Under the pieces are notes generated by a model, which had not been told where the DNA came from, made no database searches, and saw only the letters and a list, made by a program, of their open reading frames with translations. Source: Nitrosopumilaceae archaeon (GTDB lineage: Archaea > Thermoproteota > Nitrososphaeria > Nitrososphaerales > Nitrosopumilaceae). Taken from it: 64,000 nt of DNA. The DNA is taken from the NCBI GenBank assembly GCA_965208905.1, contig OZ242365.1:1760001-1824000 (forward strand), written 5' to 3'. The position numbers and the translations under genes were made by a program. Within the stretch, counting starts at the first letter, position 1, and each line of letters starts with the position of its first letter. This document shows, piece after piece, positions 41,633-52,399 of this stretch.

Positions 41633-42676
41633 TCTATTGTGCGGAAATTAGTTCGCCCTAACTTTAGACTGCCAACCAAAGAATATTTTAGTCTATATAG
41701 ATCACGCAAACCCATGAGAGTCAATCTGACACAGAAGCAGATAGATTATATCATTCGACAATGCAGGAAAGGTAGTAGTACATCACACATTGCTACAGAG
41801 ATGAAGATTAGCCAGAGACGCGTACAACAACTCTGGGCAATGTATCGTGCAACGGGCAAGATTCCCACACTACAAATGCCAGGCAGACCCAAGATTCCTC
41901 CCACCGAGGAGCAAACCAACGTCGTACTAGCAGCACATCGTATAATGCCAGCAGGCGTCACAAGGATCACCAAGTACTTAAATCACAAGGGCATACAAAT
42001 AAGTGAAAAAACGGTATACACAATCATGAAAGAAAACAATATGGTCACTCCATCTGCAGCAAAATCGCGCAGGCGTAAATGGATACGCTATGAGCGCAGA
42101 TACTCCAATGCGATGTGGCATACGGACTGGCATGCGATGAAAGATCCACGTTTTCAAGGCTACCAATTAATCACATATCTTGATGATGCGTCAAGATGTG
42201 TGGTTGGAGCCATGATATTCAAGGGGGCCACATCCGAGAACGCGGTAACAGTCCTGCAAAATAGCATTGTTGAGTTTGGAACCCCGGCCACCATACTCTC
42301 CGACAACGGATCGTGCTTTGTGGGTGTGAGAAGAAAGATTCCTGCAAAATCATGGACCCCCACTATATTTGAGGCAGAGCTGCTTGACCGGGGTATTGAG
42401 TTGATCAACACCCGCCCCTACCACCCACAAACAAACGGCAAGCTTGAACGGTTCCACCGCACCTTGGAAGAAGAACTATGTCATTTTGGCAGCCTAGCGG
42501 AGTTTGTCGCGTACTACAACGAGGTGCGACTGCACTGGTCTTTAGACATAAACAATGGCGAGACCCCGCTACAGGCATTTCACAACAAAAAAGTACCAGA
42601 TGATGTCAGGAAGAGTGACTTAGAATGGATGGAGAGGGACACCGATGACTAGGCGAAATAATTTCGACATAATACA
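41633..42676 (+). mobile_element. IS481-family insertion sequence
   Basis: Imperfect TIR TCTATTGTGCGGAAATTAGTTCGCCTA / TGTATTATGTCGAAATTATTTCGCCTA; 16-bp flanking direct repeat GCTGTCGGATATGACA. Confidence 0.85.
41714..42652 (+). CDS. IS481-family transposase
   Basis: RYER, WHTDW, LDDASR, SDNG, PQTNGKLERF. Confidence 0.92.
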   Translation: MRVNLTQKQIDYIIRQCRKGSSTSHIATEMKISQRRVQQLWAMYRATGKIPTLQMPGRPKIPPTEEQTNVVLAAHRIMPAGVTRITKYLNHKGIQISEKTVYTIMKENNMVTPSAAKSRRRKWIRYERRYSNAMWHTDWHAMKDPRFQGYQLITYLDDASRCVVGAMIFKGATSENAVTVLQNSIVEFGTPATILSDNGSCFVGVRRKIPAKSWTPTIFEAELLDRGIELINTRPYHPQTNGKLERFHRTLEEELCHFGSLAEFVAYYNEVRLHWSLDINNGETPLQAFHNKKVPDDVRKSDLEWMERDTDD

Positions 42677-43020
42677 GCTGTCGGATATGACATGTAATAC
42701 AGACGGCGCAAAGACGATGTCACCAGTATTAACATATCGTGCCGCGGTATATCCACATATGAACCGGCGACCGATTCAGCGCAAGCTGGACGGTGTGTGG
42801 CCGGGGATTGGATGTAGTGCGTCGTACAACTAGTCCGCAAGTTGTTGGATGCTGTCGTTGTACATGACGGTGAAGGGCGACGGCCTCAAGGAGGAGTGAA
42901 CAACCCATGTATAGTGGGGGACGCGCTACCTCCGGTTGAGCTCCCGGATGTGTCCAATTATATCACTGGTGCAGGGCTGCCGGAGGCGGCTCCGTGGGCT
43001 TTATACTAGTGGGACACACC
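42677..43020 (+). pseudogene. Possible 3' remnant of a tnpB gene
   Basis: RRKDDVTSINISCRG resembles RuvC-III, followed by GC-rich non-coding sequence. Confidence 0.35.
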
Positions 43021-43039
43021 CTAATGAAAAAGAAAACAA

Positions 43040-43885
43040 TTAGAATCGATTAACCAATCCAAGTTTAGATCTGGCAGAGACTACAACTACTGAGACTAGC
43101 GAGACTCCTAGAATCAGCGCAGCAATTGTGCCAAATTCTGGTATGACGTGAGAACCTACAAATTCAATATTCTCTGTATCAGCCAAAAAGTAGACTTTTA
43201 CTGTTTGCTCATCAATTTTGACATCGTTGGCCTCTTCACCGTTTACCATTACAAAGAATATATCGTCTATTACCTCAGAGGGAAAGTCTATCTGCAACTT
43301 GCCATCATCGTGGGCATATATGTCTAGTACAATTGAGTTGTGATCAGGGTTCACTATTGTTCCAGTAACCTCACCACCTTCAATCTCATATGGTATACAT
43401 ATCTCCTCTATGCTCAACATATGATTACCGCAACCCATGACAGGCTCCATCTTCTCTGACTCTATCAACTCAAACTGGACCTTGTTGTCCCGAGCAGTAC
43501 TGCCATACTGAGCCATTAGTGTGTATATTCCTGGATAAGACCAAGAGCTAGCAGCATATTCTGACTCAAAATCACCATTTGAATCCACATCCAACTGATC
43601 AACTAGCGCTAAGTTCCCATCAGGATCAATGACTTTAATGGTGATGGAGAATCCTTCGAATACGTTTGCTACATGACCAGTTACGGTAACAGTATCTGAC
43701 ATCATGTATGTACTACTATCAATCCACAGTGACAGTGGCACGGCTTGGAGTTTTGCCTCTTCTGCCATCTTTATGGGATCCCCTTCACATGTAGGACACG
43801 CTGGCTGCTGGGCCAAGGCAGATGAAGTTCCAACTGCTGCCAGAGTCAACATTACTGTAAATAACAATGTCATTCTAATTCTCAT
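43040..43885 (-). CDS. PEFG-CTERM surface protein
   Basis: Signal peptide; HVIPEFGTIAALIL. Confidence 0.88.
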   Translation of the reverse strand: MRIRMTLLFTVMLTLAAVGTSSALAQQPACPTCEGDPIKMAEEAKLQAVPLSLWIDSSTYMMSDTVTVTGHVANVFEGFSITIKVIDPDGNLALVDQLDVDSNGDFESEYAASSWSYPGIYTLMAQYGSTARDNKVQFELIESEKMEPVMGCGNHMLSIEEICIPYEIEGGEVTGTIVNPDHNSIVLDIYAHDDGKLQIDFPSEVIDDIFFVMVNGEEANDVKIDEQTVKVYFLADTENIEFVGSHVIPEFGTIAALILGVSLVSVVVVSARSKLGLVNRF

Positions 43886-44017
43886 ATTGAATATAGAGAG
43901 GAATCGTCTCTATTTATGTATAATTGACTATTTGGATAAACGATGTTTCATAATTTACCTATACTATTCGGCTCACCCCTGTCTCTGTGGGCGGAACATC
44001 GTATAATATAATAAAAA

Positions 44018-44851
44018 TTAAAACTTGGGAATTATGCTGAGTCGAGAACGCGTAGAAATTGCAACTACTGATATTATGGATATGGCTAAAATGAGTGCAG
44101 CTATGGTACCAAATTCTGGAACAACTACGCCATCCGCAACACCAACTACTGCTGATGTGGAATATCCTTCAATATCCTGCTCAGCAATAACAGTGTAATC
44201 TCCATCCTGTGACCATAGTGGACCGCCAATCTGAATATCTTTAGCAAAGAGTCCATGCTCATCCATGAGGATTTGATCAGTCATTACAACATTACCATTA
44301 GGAGCTAAAACTCTAATTATAATTGGCATATTAGTAACGTCGGTCTGGCCACTTATGGCTATGACATCCGAACCTTCCATGGCATCGGCAGTCAATACCA
44401 TGCCACCATCAAAGATCTCTGGGCCCACAAGCATGGTTGGCCTCTCAAAGTTTGACTCTATTGCTAATATGTCGGGAGTCGTGCCATCTGATATGGGAAC
44501 ATTTACCTCCAACTTGTACATACTGGCCTCTCCCTGACTGGCTATAATGCGATATAGGCCATCTTCGGTGAGGCCGGCAACATTAAATGTTGAAGCAAAT
44601 GTGCCATCACTACTCGGGTCAAGCTGATCCAACTTTACCAAATTATTGGTGGGCGATATATATCTGAGAATTACAGGGTCATCACGTATGGTCGTTCCTG
44701 TTACGTGTACTATTGTTGATCCATCATCGGCAGAAGCTACAAGTTCCATTCCCTCAGAGGGCATAAATTCGGCACTTGCAGGCAATACATAGATGCCCAT
44801 CATCAGTATGGATATGGTAGTAACTGCATAATACATAGATCTATTTATCAT
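44018..44851 (-). CDS. PEFG-CTERM surface protein
   Basis: Signal peptide; VVPEFGTIAALIL. Confidence 0.88.
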   Translation of the reverse strand: MINRSMYYAVTTISILMMGIYVLPASAEFMPSEGMELVASADDGSTIVHVTGTTIRDDPVILRYISPTNNLVKLDQLDPSSDGTFASTFNVAGLTEDGLYRIIASQGEASMYKLEVNVPISDGTTPDILAIESNFERPTMLVGPEIFDGGMVLTADAMEGSDVIAISGQTDVTNMPIIIRVLAPNGNVVMTDQILMDEHGLFAKDIQIGGPLWSQDGDYTVIAEQDIEGYSTSAVVGVADGVVVPEFGTIAALILAISIISVVAISTRSRLSIIPKF

Positions 44852-45324
44852 TACAAAGTTGTATTATTCATTCTATTTATGTTTTACACACAAATTTGTT
44901 GGATGTGCAATCCCAAAATTAGTTCTCCCTCTACGTGGCATCATACACCTCCCCCGACTGCTTGTCTACTATGGTGAATTCTTTAGGTGACATCTTGCGC
45001 ATAAACACCTTGGCAGGCGCCTCCAAATTGTCCCAGTCCAAGGACATGTAATGTCTGATGTGGTTACACCAGCGTATGATCTCACGTGTGTCTGAAAACC
45101 ACTATTTCCACTACAATTTCCTTGGTGCTTCTTCCAAGCTCCTTTTGCCGTATGATGTATCTTTGAGTAGATCAGGTTTTGCCATGATCCTGTAACGTTT
45201 TCCTCCATTCCATACGCATCGCTTACCGAGATCATGTCTTAAATAGCAAACTGGTTTCAGGACTTTAGATTGAGAGATCTACCTGAGAATTCATATTATA
45301 TAATGTGCAGTGTTATGTAATACT

Positions 45325-45855
45325 ATGAGAGGACTTGTCATGGGCCGCTTTCAGCCATTTCACAATGGACACATGGGCCTCATAAGAGAAGCACTTCAAG
45401 AGTGTGATGATATCATAGTGGCAGTCACTGGATCACAGTTCAACTATATTCGCATGGATCCGTTTACCGCTGGCGAACGAATAGAGATGATTCAAGCCTC
45501 GTTATTGGAGTCTGATATAGACCCTCACAGATATATGGTACTGGGTGTGGAGAACCAGCCCAACGTATACACGTGGCTTTCATATCTGAAAGCCGCACTA
45601 CCTCCATTTGATGTAGTGTATAGTGGAAATGAGTATGTTGCTATGCTTCTGGCAGATTCGGGTATATCGGTGGTGGAACCACAGATGATATCGCGCCAAA
45701 CACTGAACGCCACCTCTATACGAAACATGATGGTACAGAATAATGCTTGGCAGGATTTGGTACCAACTGCAGTCTGCCGCGTAATAGATTCTATAAATGG
45801 TATAGAGCGCTTAAAGACAATTTTAAAGTCGGATACGGACCCCACAACTCACTGA
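45325..45855 (+). CDS. nadM: Nicotinamide-nucleotide adenylyltransferase
   Basis: GRFQPFHNGH, PFTAGER, ATSIR. Confidence 0.92.
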   Translation: MRGLVMGRFQPFHNGHMGLIREALQECDDIIVAVTGSQFNYIRMDPFTAGERIEMIQASLLESDIDPHRYMVLGVENQPNVYTWLSYLKAALPPFDVVYSGNEYVAMLLADSGISVVEPQMISRQTLNATSIRNMMVQNNAWQDLVPTAVCRVIDSINGIERLKTILKSDTDPTTH

Positions 45856-45968
45856 TGGCCCACAGAGCATGCCCGGTCTGCCCATGCGGATCTAGAAAGT
45901 TCACAAGAGTAAAGTCCGACAAAGCCAGTGTATGTTGTGTAGTATGTGGCCGCATACTAAAGATCTAA
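45855..45968 (+). CDS. 37-aa Zn-ribbon microprotein
   Basis: MAHRACPVCPCGSRKF..CCVVCGRILKI; TGATG coupling to the nadM stop. Confidence 0.55.
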   Translation: MAHRACPVCPCGSRKFTRVKSDKASVCCVVCGRILKI

Positions 45969-46372
45969 CTGCGCGAGAGGTGTATATGTACAATCTTCCA
46001 TTCTCTGTTAATCCTTACAAGCACAAATGTGGCACGACCATCTACTGATATGTGCTCACCGGTATAATTTTTGTTGTCCACCAGCATGCCGGTCTGTTGC
46101 AGCTCAAGTGCTACGACGGCTGAATCTCCAAATATACTGACCTTGGGATTTATCATTTTGTAATTGTAATCTGATATACTGACAAAGCGTAGCTCTTCTA
46201 ACATGAGTGTCGTTTTAAAGTCCTTCATGTCTAGTGGAGGTACGTCGCTGAAGCTACTAAAGCGTGTATCATCTAATTGTAAATTGTATAATGTGGCAGT
46301 ATCCTTTGTCCTTCCCACCTCAAAGAATGCCTCTATAACATCAAGAATTCTATTGGTATCTGTGTTTGACAT
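45965..46372 (-). CDS. NTF2/SnoaL-like fold protein
   Basis: GRATFVLVR...WKIVHIHLS. Confidence 0.8.
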   Translation of the reverse strand: MSNTDTNRILDVIEAFFEVGRTKDTATLYNLQLDDTRFSSFSDVPPLDMKDFKTTLMLEELRFVSISDYNYKMINPKVSIFGDSAVVALELQQTGMLVDNKNYTGEHISVDGRATFVLVRINREWKIVHIHLSRS

Positions 46373-46374
46373 GA

Positions 46375-46830
46375 CTACTGTAGTGGTATGGGTAGCATAA
46401 CATATACCTGTTTTATGCCCGAGTCGGTTATCTCTATTATGGGTGACATCTCTGAATTGAATGTTAATGCTAGTGTATAGTGGCTTGAGCCTATCTGTAT
46501 GGTATCTACACCTGTAACACCATAAATTGTGGATATCAATCCAGCACCTGTTAGGCCCGCCAAAGCTGGATTGTACGGGTCTGTTATATTTATCAATTCT
46601 ATACTGTCATTGGAGCTACCCACCGTTATAAAGGCTTGATCCCCACCAGTCAAAGACTCTGTGCTTTCAGGGTTGTGTATAAAGATCAGTGGTTGACCAC
46701 TCTGTATGGTGTTCATATATTTAACATTGAACGGGTCTATGATGTCGGCCAATGTAACTGTATTGGTACGATAACTTATGACTACCATGACAATCCTGTC
46801 TCCCACTTGCACGGTAGTGACGTCAAGGCT
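46375..46830 (-). pseudogene. C-terminal fragment of an LVIVD-like repeat protein
   Basis: LADIIDP, IELINITDP, IIEITD repeats; no plausible start. Confidence 0.5.
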
Positions 46831-46903
46831 GGCTGTCGGAGATAACCGCCTGAGGGGCACCACCTGCAACACCGGCGACCCAAGCACGACAGCCTCTTGA
46901 CAA

Positions 46904-47701
46904 CTAGGGCATATCGGCCGCCACCCCACGCTGCGACTTTACCACGTAGCGGTCCCGCAGCTTGACGCTTATCCAGTCTATCACCAGCACGGTGGCCAGT
47001 ACCACCAGCATGAAAAAGACAGCCTTTCCGTACTGAAGATACTTGGTATATGTGATTATGTAAAATCCTATCCCACCGGCCCCCACCAGTCCCAATATGC
47101 TGGTCTGTCTCACGTTATAGTCGAACATGTACAGCAGGTGTCCCAACAGATGGGAGGCAGACTCGGGTATCACCACGAACCGTATCAGCTGCAGCCGGGA
47201 GAGCCCTATGGAGCTGGCCGAGTCCATAGGATCGGCATCCACAGCCTCTATGGATTCGTACTGCAACTTGGCAACAAACCCCAACGTGTACATGGTAATG
47301 GCCAGTATGCCGGCGAACGGGCCCGGACCTACCATTATGATAAACAGCAGCGCCCACATTATGGACGGGAGCGTACGCGCCATGGCCAGCAGGCCCCGCA
47401 TGGGAACATACACCCACCTGCTGGCCAGGTTACGCGAAGCCAGGAGACTCATGGGCAGGGCCAGCGCATACCCCACCATAGTCCCAATAAATGCCATTTG
47501 GATGGTCTCTAGCATGGCCCACACTGCGTTGTATGCCATGTTATCAGTGACCGTGGTAAGCTCCACCATAACCTCCTCTATCAACTGCCACAACCGGGGC
47601 AGCCCCTCTGCGAACTCCACCGGGCTGGCCTCTATGTGCCAAGAGGCAGCAATCACCAGGGCAACGACCGCCCCGATCATCAGGTTACTTTTGGGAGTCA
47701 T
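46904..47701 (-). CDS. phnE: Phosphonate/phosphite ABC transporter permease
   Basis: ETIQMA, RTLP, GPFAG, NVRQTSILGLVGAGGIG. Confidence 0.9.
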   Translation of the reverse strand: MTPKSNLMIGAVVALVIAASWHIEASPVEFAEGLPRLWQLIEEVMVELTTVTDNMAYNAVWAMLETIQMAFIGTMVGYALALPMSLLASRNLASRWVYVPMRGLLAMARTLPSIMWALLFIIMVGPGPFAGILAITMYTLGFVAKLQYESIEAVDADPMDSASSIGLSRLQLIRFVVIPESASHLLGHLLYMFDYNVRQTSILGLVGAGGIGFYIITYTKYLQYGKAVFFMLVVLATVLVIDWISVKLRDRYVVKSQRGVAADMP

Positions 47702-48527
47702 CGTACATCTCTAGTATCTCTTGAGTGGTCAGGTTGCCCGACTGAAAGTCCAGTATGTGGACATGGTCATGGTCGATGCCCATCTCCATTATTTTGCGTC
47801 CCTCCTGCATGACAGCCACCCGGTCAGCGTACTCCAGCGCCAGACTCATATCGTGGTGTATCATTATCGCAGTCAGGCCCGTGTCCCTTTGCATGACGGC
47901 CACCAAGTCCATTATATCCCTAGAGGTGACGCTGTCCAGCTCCGAGACTATCTCGTCGGCCAACAGAATGCGCGGATTCTGCATGAATGCCCGCGCGATG
48001 GCTACCCGCCTCTTCTCACCGCCGCTGAGCATGTACGCCTTGCGACTCTCCTTGCCGGACAACCCCACCATCTCCAGTATGCGGCGCGCCTCGGCCATAT
48101 CCTCCTCCGAATACCTCTTTAGGAGTGACTGCAGGGCGCCCATCCTAGGTAGGGCTCCAATCATCACATTATCCAGTACGGAGGAGTTGCGGACCAGTCC
48201 TAGACTCTGTGGTATGTACCCTATACGGGCCATTGCACTCTGAAATCTTCTGTTGTGCTGGTCCGGTCTGTGGCTGTCAACCATGATGGTTCCACGGTTG
48301 GGAATCATCAGGCCGTTCATGATCTTGAGCAGAGTGGACTTGCCGGATCCGGATTTGCCCACTATCGCATAGTTGGAGCCAGCCGACACCCTCATGTTTA
48401 TCTCTCGGATGGTCGTGCTGCGAGCATCATAGGATGCCCAGACATCCTCCATGCAGATTATGCAACTGTCTGGCTCCGCCTTGTCGATGTCGTGTGTTTC
48501 CGACTGTATGCTGGCATGATACGACAA
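47685..48527 (-). CDS. phnC: Phosphonate/phosphite ABC transporter ATPase
   Basis: GKSGSGKST, LSGGE, LLADE. Confidence 0.88.
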   Translation of the reverse strand: MSYHASIQSETHDIDKAEPDSCIICMEDVWASYDARSTTIREINMRVSAGSNYAIVGKSGSGKSTLLKIMNGLMIPNRGTIMVDSHRPDQHNRRFQSAMARIGYIPQSLGLVRNSSVLDNVMIGALPRMGALQSLLKRYSEEDMAEARRILEMVGLSGKESRKAYMLSGGEKRRVAIARAFMQNPRILLADEIVSELDSVTSRDIMDLVAVMQRDTGLTAIMIHHDMSLALEYADRVAVMQEGRKIMEMGIDHDHVHILDFQSGNLTTQEILEMYDDSQK

Positions 48528-48999
48528 CCTACCATTTTGACATGGTAGTGGTTTATAACAATCTTACGGCTTTCGACATCTAATCTAAAAGTGATCTGTA
48601 TAAATTCAAGACAGATGCGTACCATCCCCTCTACGAATGTATTTGTGCGACCCGTATGCCCGCACATGGCAGCACGACATGCCGAAACCACCACGACCCT
48701 CCGCCGGCCGGCCAACGGGACATCCCATCTGACATGACCCGTGTCACATATGACAGACGGCGGATACTACCCGTTCGTCCAGATGATGGGGGCTTCCTGT
48801 TGGTGCCAGTCCAGCAGTATGGCGCCTTGGGGAATCTATCGTTATGATTCTCTTTCGGCTATTACATTTGGTTAAAATGAAATTTATGATCTTAAACATT
48901 TAATATATGATCGACTGGATTTGATCTGTTATCTGTTTGTAGAATAAGACAGTAAGCTCTTACGCAACACTATATAAACACACAGAGAACGTTCTGTCA

Positions 49000-50088
49000 A
49001 TGAAACAAATTATTATAGCGTTGGCGGTTATGGCCAGTCTGGTCATAGTGCCTGCCACGCAAGCAGCTGAAGCTCAATCAATGTCCGATGTCGAGTCAAA
49101 GATACCTCAATATGTGAAGTTTCTGGCAGAAGGTTGGGTGGGCGGCTCGATCTCCGACGATGAATTCATAGTCGCGTTGCAGGATCTTATTGCAGCAGAT
49201 GTCATACCCCTCGAATCCCGCATAACAGGTACCGACTCGTTGACCATCGGATTCATTCCTGTAAAGCCGGTGGATTTCAGTGGCTTTGAACCCGCTGCGG
49301 AAGCATTTGCAGAGTTCTTGGAGAGCCAGCTGGGAGTTGATGTAGAGACAAACACACCCTCCAGCTACGAGCCCATAATAGAGAGCCTGAGGTTTGGTCA
49401 TATAGACGCAGCCATAATGGATACTGGCCCCGCATGCATAGCCATTTCACAGTCTGGCGCCGAGGTTCTGATGGCCGAGGTCGACAGCGGCAGGATATAC
49501 TATCAGGCCACAGTCTGGGTAAGCGCCGACAATGATGATGAGATAGAATCCCTAGACTATGTCCTAGACAAGAAGGTCTCCTTCACCAGCCAGACGGGTT
49601 CATCTGGATTCGTTAGGCCATTCGGCTCGCTGGTCACCGACGGACATGTCACCATCAATGGTGATGATGTTGTGGCCCTAGAACAGGCAATAGATGATGC
49701 ATTCGAGAGTCACGCATTTCCGGGATCCTATAGTGGAGCAGCCGAGCTGCTGGCCGCGGGCGTGGTCGATGTAGCCTTTGGTAACGATCGGCTCCCCTCC
49801 TACCTGCCCGAAGAAGAGCGTGGACTGATCAAACCAGCCCTGACACTTGGTCCGGTGCCCTCCCACGTACTGGTGGTGAGCGCGGACATGTCGGAGAACA
49901 ACAGAAAAGCACTGACTGATGCCGTTCTAAAGCTCAACGGAGGCCCGAATGCCCGTATTCTCTACGACCTATACAATGCCGATGCCATGCTGCCCACCAC
50001 AACCGATCACCACATGGCCGGCTTTTGTGACAATATCAATGATCTGATCGGCTTCGAAGACAGGCTACTGGACAAATTCCGTAACTAA
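49000..50088 (+). CDS. phnD: Phosphonate/phosphite ABC transporter substrate-binding protein
   Basis: Signal peptide, SYEPIIESLRFGHID, GSSGFVRP; divergent from phnCE. Confidence 0.85.
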   Translation: MKQIIIALAVMASLVIVPATQAAEAQSMSDVESKIPQYVKFLAEGWVGGSISDDEFIVALQDLIAADVIPLESRITGTDSLTIGFIPVKPVDFSGFEPAAEAFAEFLESQLGVDVETNTPSSYEPIIESLRFGHIDAAIMDTGPACIAISQSGAEVLMAEVDSGRIYYQATVWVSADNDDEIESLDYVLDKKVSFTSQTGSSGFVRPFGSLVTDGHVTINGDDVVALEQAIDDAFESHAFPGSYSGAAELLAAGVVDVAFGNDRLPSYLPEEERGLIKPALTLGPVPSHVLVVSADMSENNRKALTDAVLKLNGGPNARILYDLYNADAMLPTTTDHHMAGFCDNINDLIGFEDRLLDKFRN

Positions 50089-50214
50089 CCTTACTTTTTA
50101 CGTTTTTAATATCATTAATTTATTTTCTATTCGTATAATATGATTAGAGACAGCTAAGCAATAAGCACCCTACAGATCCTGCCAGACACTCAAAAGTAAG
50201 AGTGTGGACGAACC

Positions 50215-50600
50215 GTCTCCTTAGAATAAATACGCTCATATCTTACCCATCTGTGCTGTTTGGACTTTGCGGGAGAGTCGACTACTAAACCCTCCGATTT
50301 CATTATGTTGTATATGTCACGGTATCTTGTATCTTGTCCCTCTCTTTTCAATCTCTTGGCAGTTTGCACATATCTTTCGAGATTGTTTTTGTGCGTATTT
50401 AGTACCGTATCATCGGATGGCGCCAAGCCTGGAGGTCTTCCGACGACGTGTTGAGCGTGAACCACTCCAGTCTTCAGATATTCGGCCCACAGTCACTGGA
50501 TGCGTCTTTACGTCACGTTCGGCTCCCTGGATACAGTTTTGGTACCTTTACCTTTCTCAAGTTGTTTTATTGCGTATCGTATTGATATGTCAGTCATCTT
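50215..50600 (-). pseudogene. IS481 transposase remnant
   Basis: RRIQ*LWAEY..GRP..SPAKSKQHRWVRYERIYS, similar to 41714-42652, with internal stops. Confidence 0.75.
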
Positions 50601-50743
50601 TGACTTCATTCTCCCATTTGATTTGTAAATCTTAATGTATTCTTGTTGTGTGCGCTTATCTTTACTTAAGCGACATGATTTCTGTTTAATATACGCGCCC
50701 AAGAAACTGACAAACTCTATTAAACATAAGGTACACGGCAAAC

Positions 50744-52399
50744 ATGATGAGAGACAAAGCTTTGATAACCAGTGCCCTCCCATATGCGAATGGGGAGATT
50801 CATCTAGGGCATGTGGCATCAACATATCTGCCCGCAGACGTTACCACCAGATATCTCAAAATGAAGGGGGTAGAGACATACTTTGTATGTGCATCTGACG
50901 ACTATGGCACACCCATTCTGATACAGTCTGAGAGAGAGAAGAAGACGCCAGAAGAGTACTCGGCGTACTGGAATAAGAGAGATCTTGAGGATTTTACTGC
51001 ATTAGACATTAACTTTGATCTCTTCTCACGTACCAGTTCAAAGGAGAATACGGAGTTTGTCCAGTATGTATTTAATAAATTAAACAAGGCCGGATACATA
51101 TACCACAAGGAGATAATACAATACTACTGTACTAATGACAAAAAGTTTCTTCCTGATAGGTACGTACAAGGTACATGTCCAAATTGTAATGCAACAAACC
51201 AGTACTCGGATTTATGCGAGAGATGTGGAAGCGTTCCTGAAGCTATAAAAGATCCAAAATGTGTACTCTGCGGTCAAGCACCCGTCATGAAACCTACAAA
51301 ACACTACTTTTTCTACCTGAAAAAATTTGCTAAGTCTCTAGAATCTTGGCTGGACTCAAATCCTAATCTGCAAACAGACATTAAAAAATATGTTAAAAAT
51401 TGGATAAAAGGCGGGTTGGTGGATTGGGATATTACACGAGACATAACTTGGGGAGTACCCATACCGCTATCTAATGCCACTGACAAGGTCTTCTACGGCT
51501 GGTTCGACAACCATCTGGCGTACATATCTACTACCATCAAACTACTAAATGAGAAAGGAATTGATGGTAAGGAGTTTTGGAACTCGGCGGACATTTATCA
51601 TTTTATAGGAAAGGATATTGTGTACCATCACTATTTATTTCTGCCTGCAATAAGATTGGGAATAGATGCAGAGTACAAACTGCCTGACTATATACCCACT
51701 CGGGGCCACCTTAGTCTGCAATCCAAAAAGATATCCAAGAGCCGAAATTGGTATATCGGCCTTCGGGACTTTTTAAAGACATATCCAGCAGACTACCTAA
51801 GGTTTTATCTGCTGTTCATAACACCACACTCTCAGGATGATCTCAACTTTGACTTGGATGACTTTGCTGCACGTATAAACTCTGAATTAATTGGAAATCT
51901 GGGAAACTTTGTAAACCGTTCATTGGGATTTACGACTAGAACATTTGGTGGTGTTGTTCCTGAACCTAACAATATGGACAGTGAAGATGAAAAAGCAAGG
52001 CAAGCAATAATGCAGATATCCAAAGATATGGATACACACATGGAGAGTCATCACACAGACAGGGCCCTGAAGAGATTGATGGAGTTTTCCGCACACTTCA
52101 ACCAATACTTTCAACATAAGGAACCCTGGAAAGATAAAGATGCTGGACGCTCTTGCATATTCTACTCTGTCAATGCTGTACACAGCATATCTCTGGCCCT
52201 ATATCCATTCATACCAAATGCAGCGGGCCGCATATGGAGACAACTTGGAATGAAACAAGACATAACCAGCAAGTCATGGAAGCAGATATCTACACTACCC
52301 ATAAAACCTGGCCATAAACTAGGAGATGTATCCCCACTCTTCAAAAAGGTAGACACCGATGATATAGAGCGTCAAAAAAGACGACTGCAAGAGCATTGA
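50744..52399 (+). CDS. metG: Methionine--tRNA ligase
   Basis: ITSALPYANG.IHLGH, Zn knuckle, IGKDI, KISKS. Confidence 0.96.
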   Translation: MMRDKALITSALPYANGEIHLGHVASTYLPADVTTRYLKMKGVETYFVCASDDYGTPILIQSEREKKTPEEYSAYWNKRDLEDFTALDINFDLFSRTSSKENTEFVQYVFNKLNKAGYIYHKEIIQYYCTNDKKFLPDRYVQGTCPNCNATNQYSDLCERCGSVPEAIKDPKCVLCGQAPVMKPTKHYFFYLKKFAKSLESWLDSNPNLQTDIKKYVKNWIKGGLVDWDITRDITWGVPIPLSNATDKVFYGWFDNHLAYISTTIKLLNEKGIDGKEFWNSADIYHFIGKDIVYHHYLFLPAIRLGIDAEYKLPDYIPTRGHLSLQSKKISKSRNWYIGLRDFLKTYPADYLRFYLLFITPHSQDDLNFDLDDFAARINSELIGNLGNFVNRSLGFTTRTFGGVVPEPNNMDSEDEKARQAIMQISKDMDTHMESHHTDRALKRLMEFSAHFNQYFQHKEPWKDKDAGRSCIFYSVNAVHSISLALYPFIPNAAGRIWRQLGMKQDITSKSWKQISTLPIKPGHKLGDVSPLFKKVDTDDIERQKRRLQEH

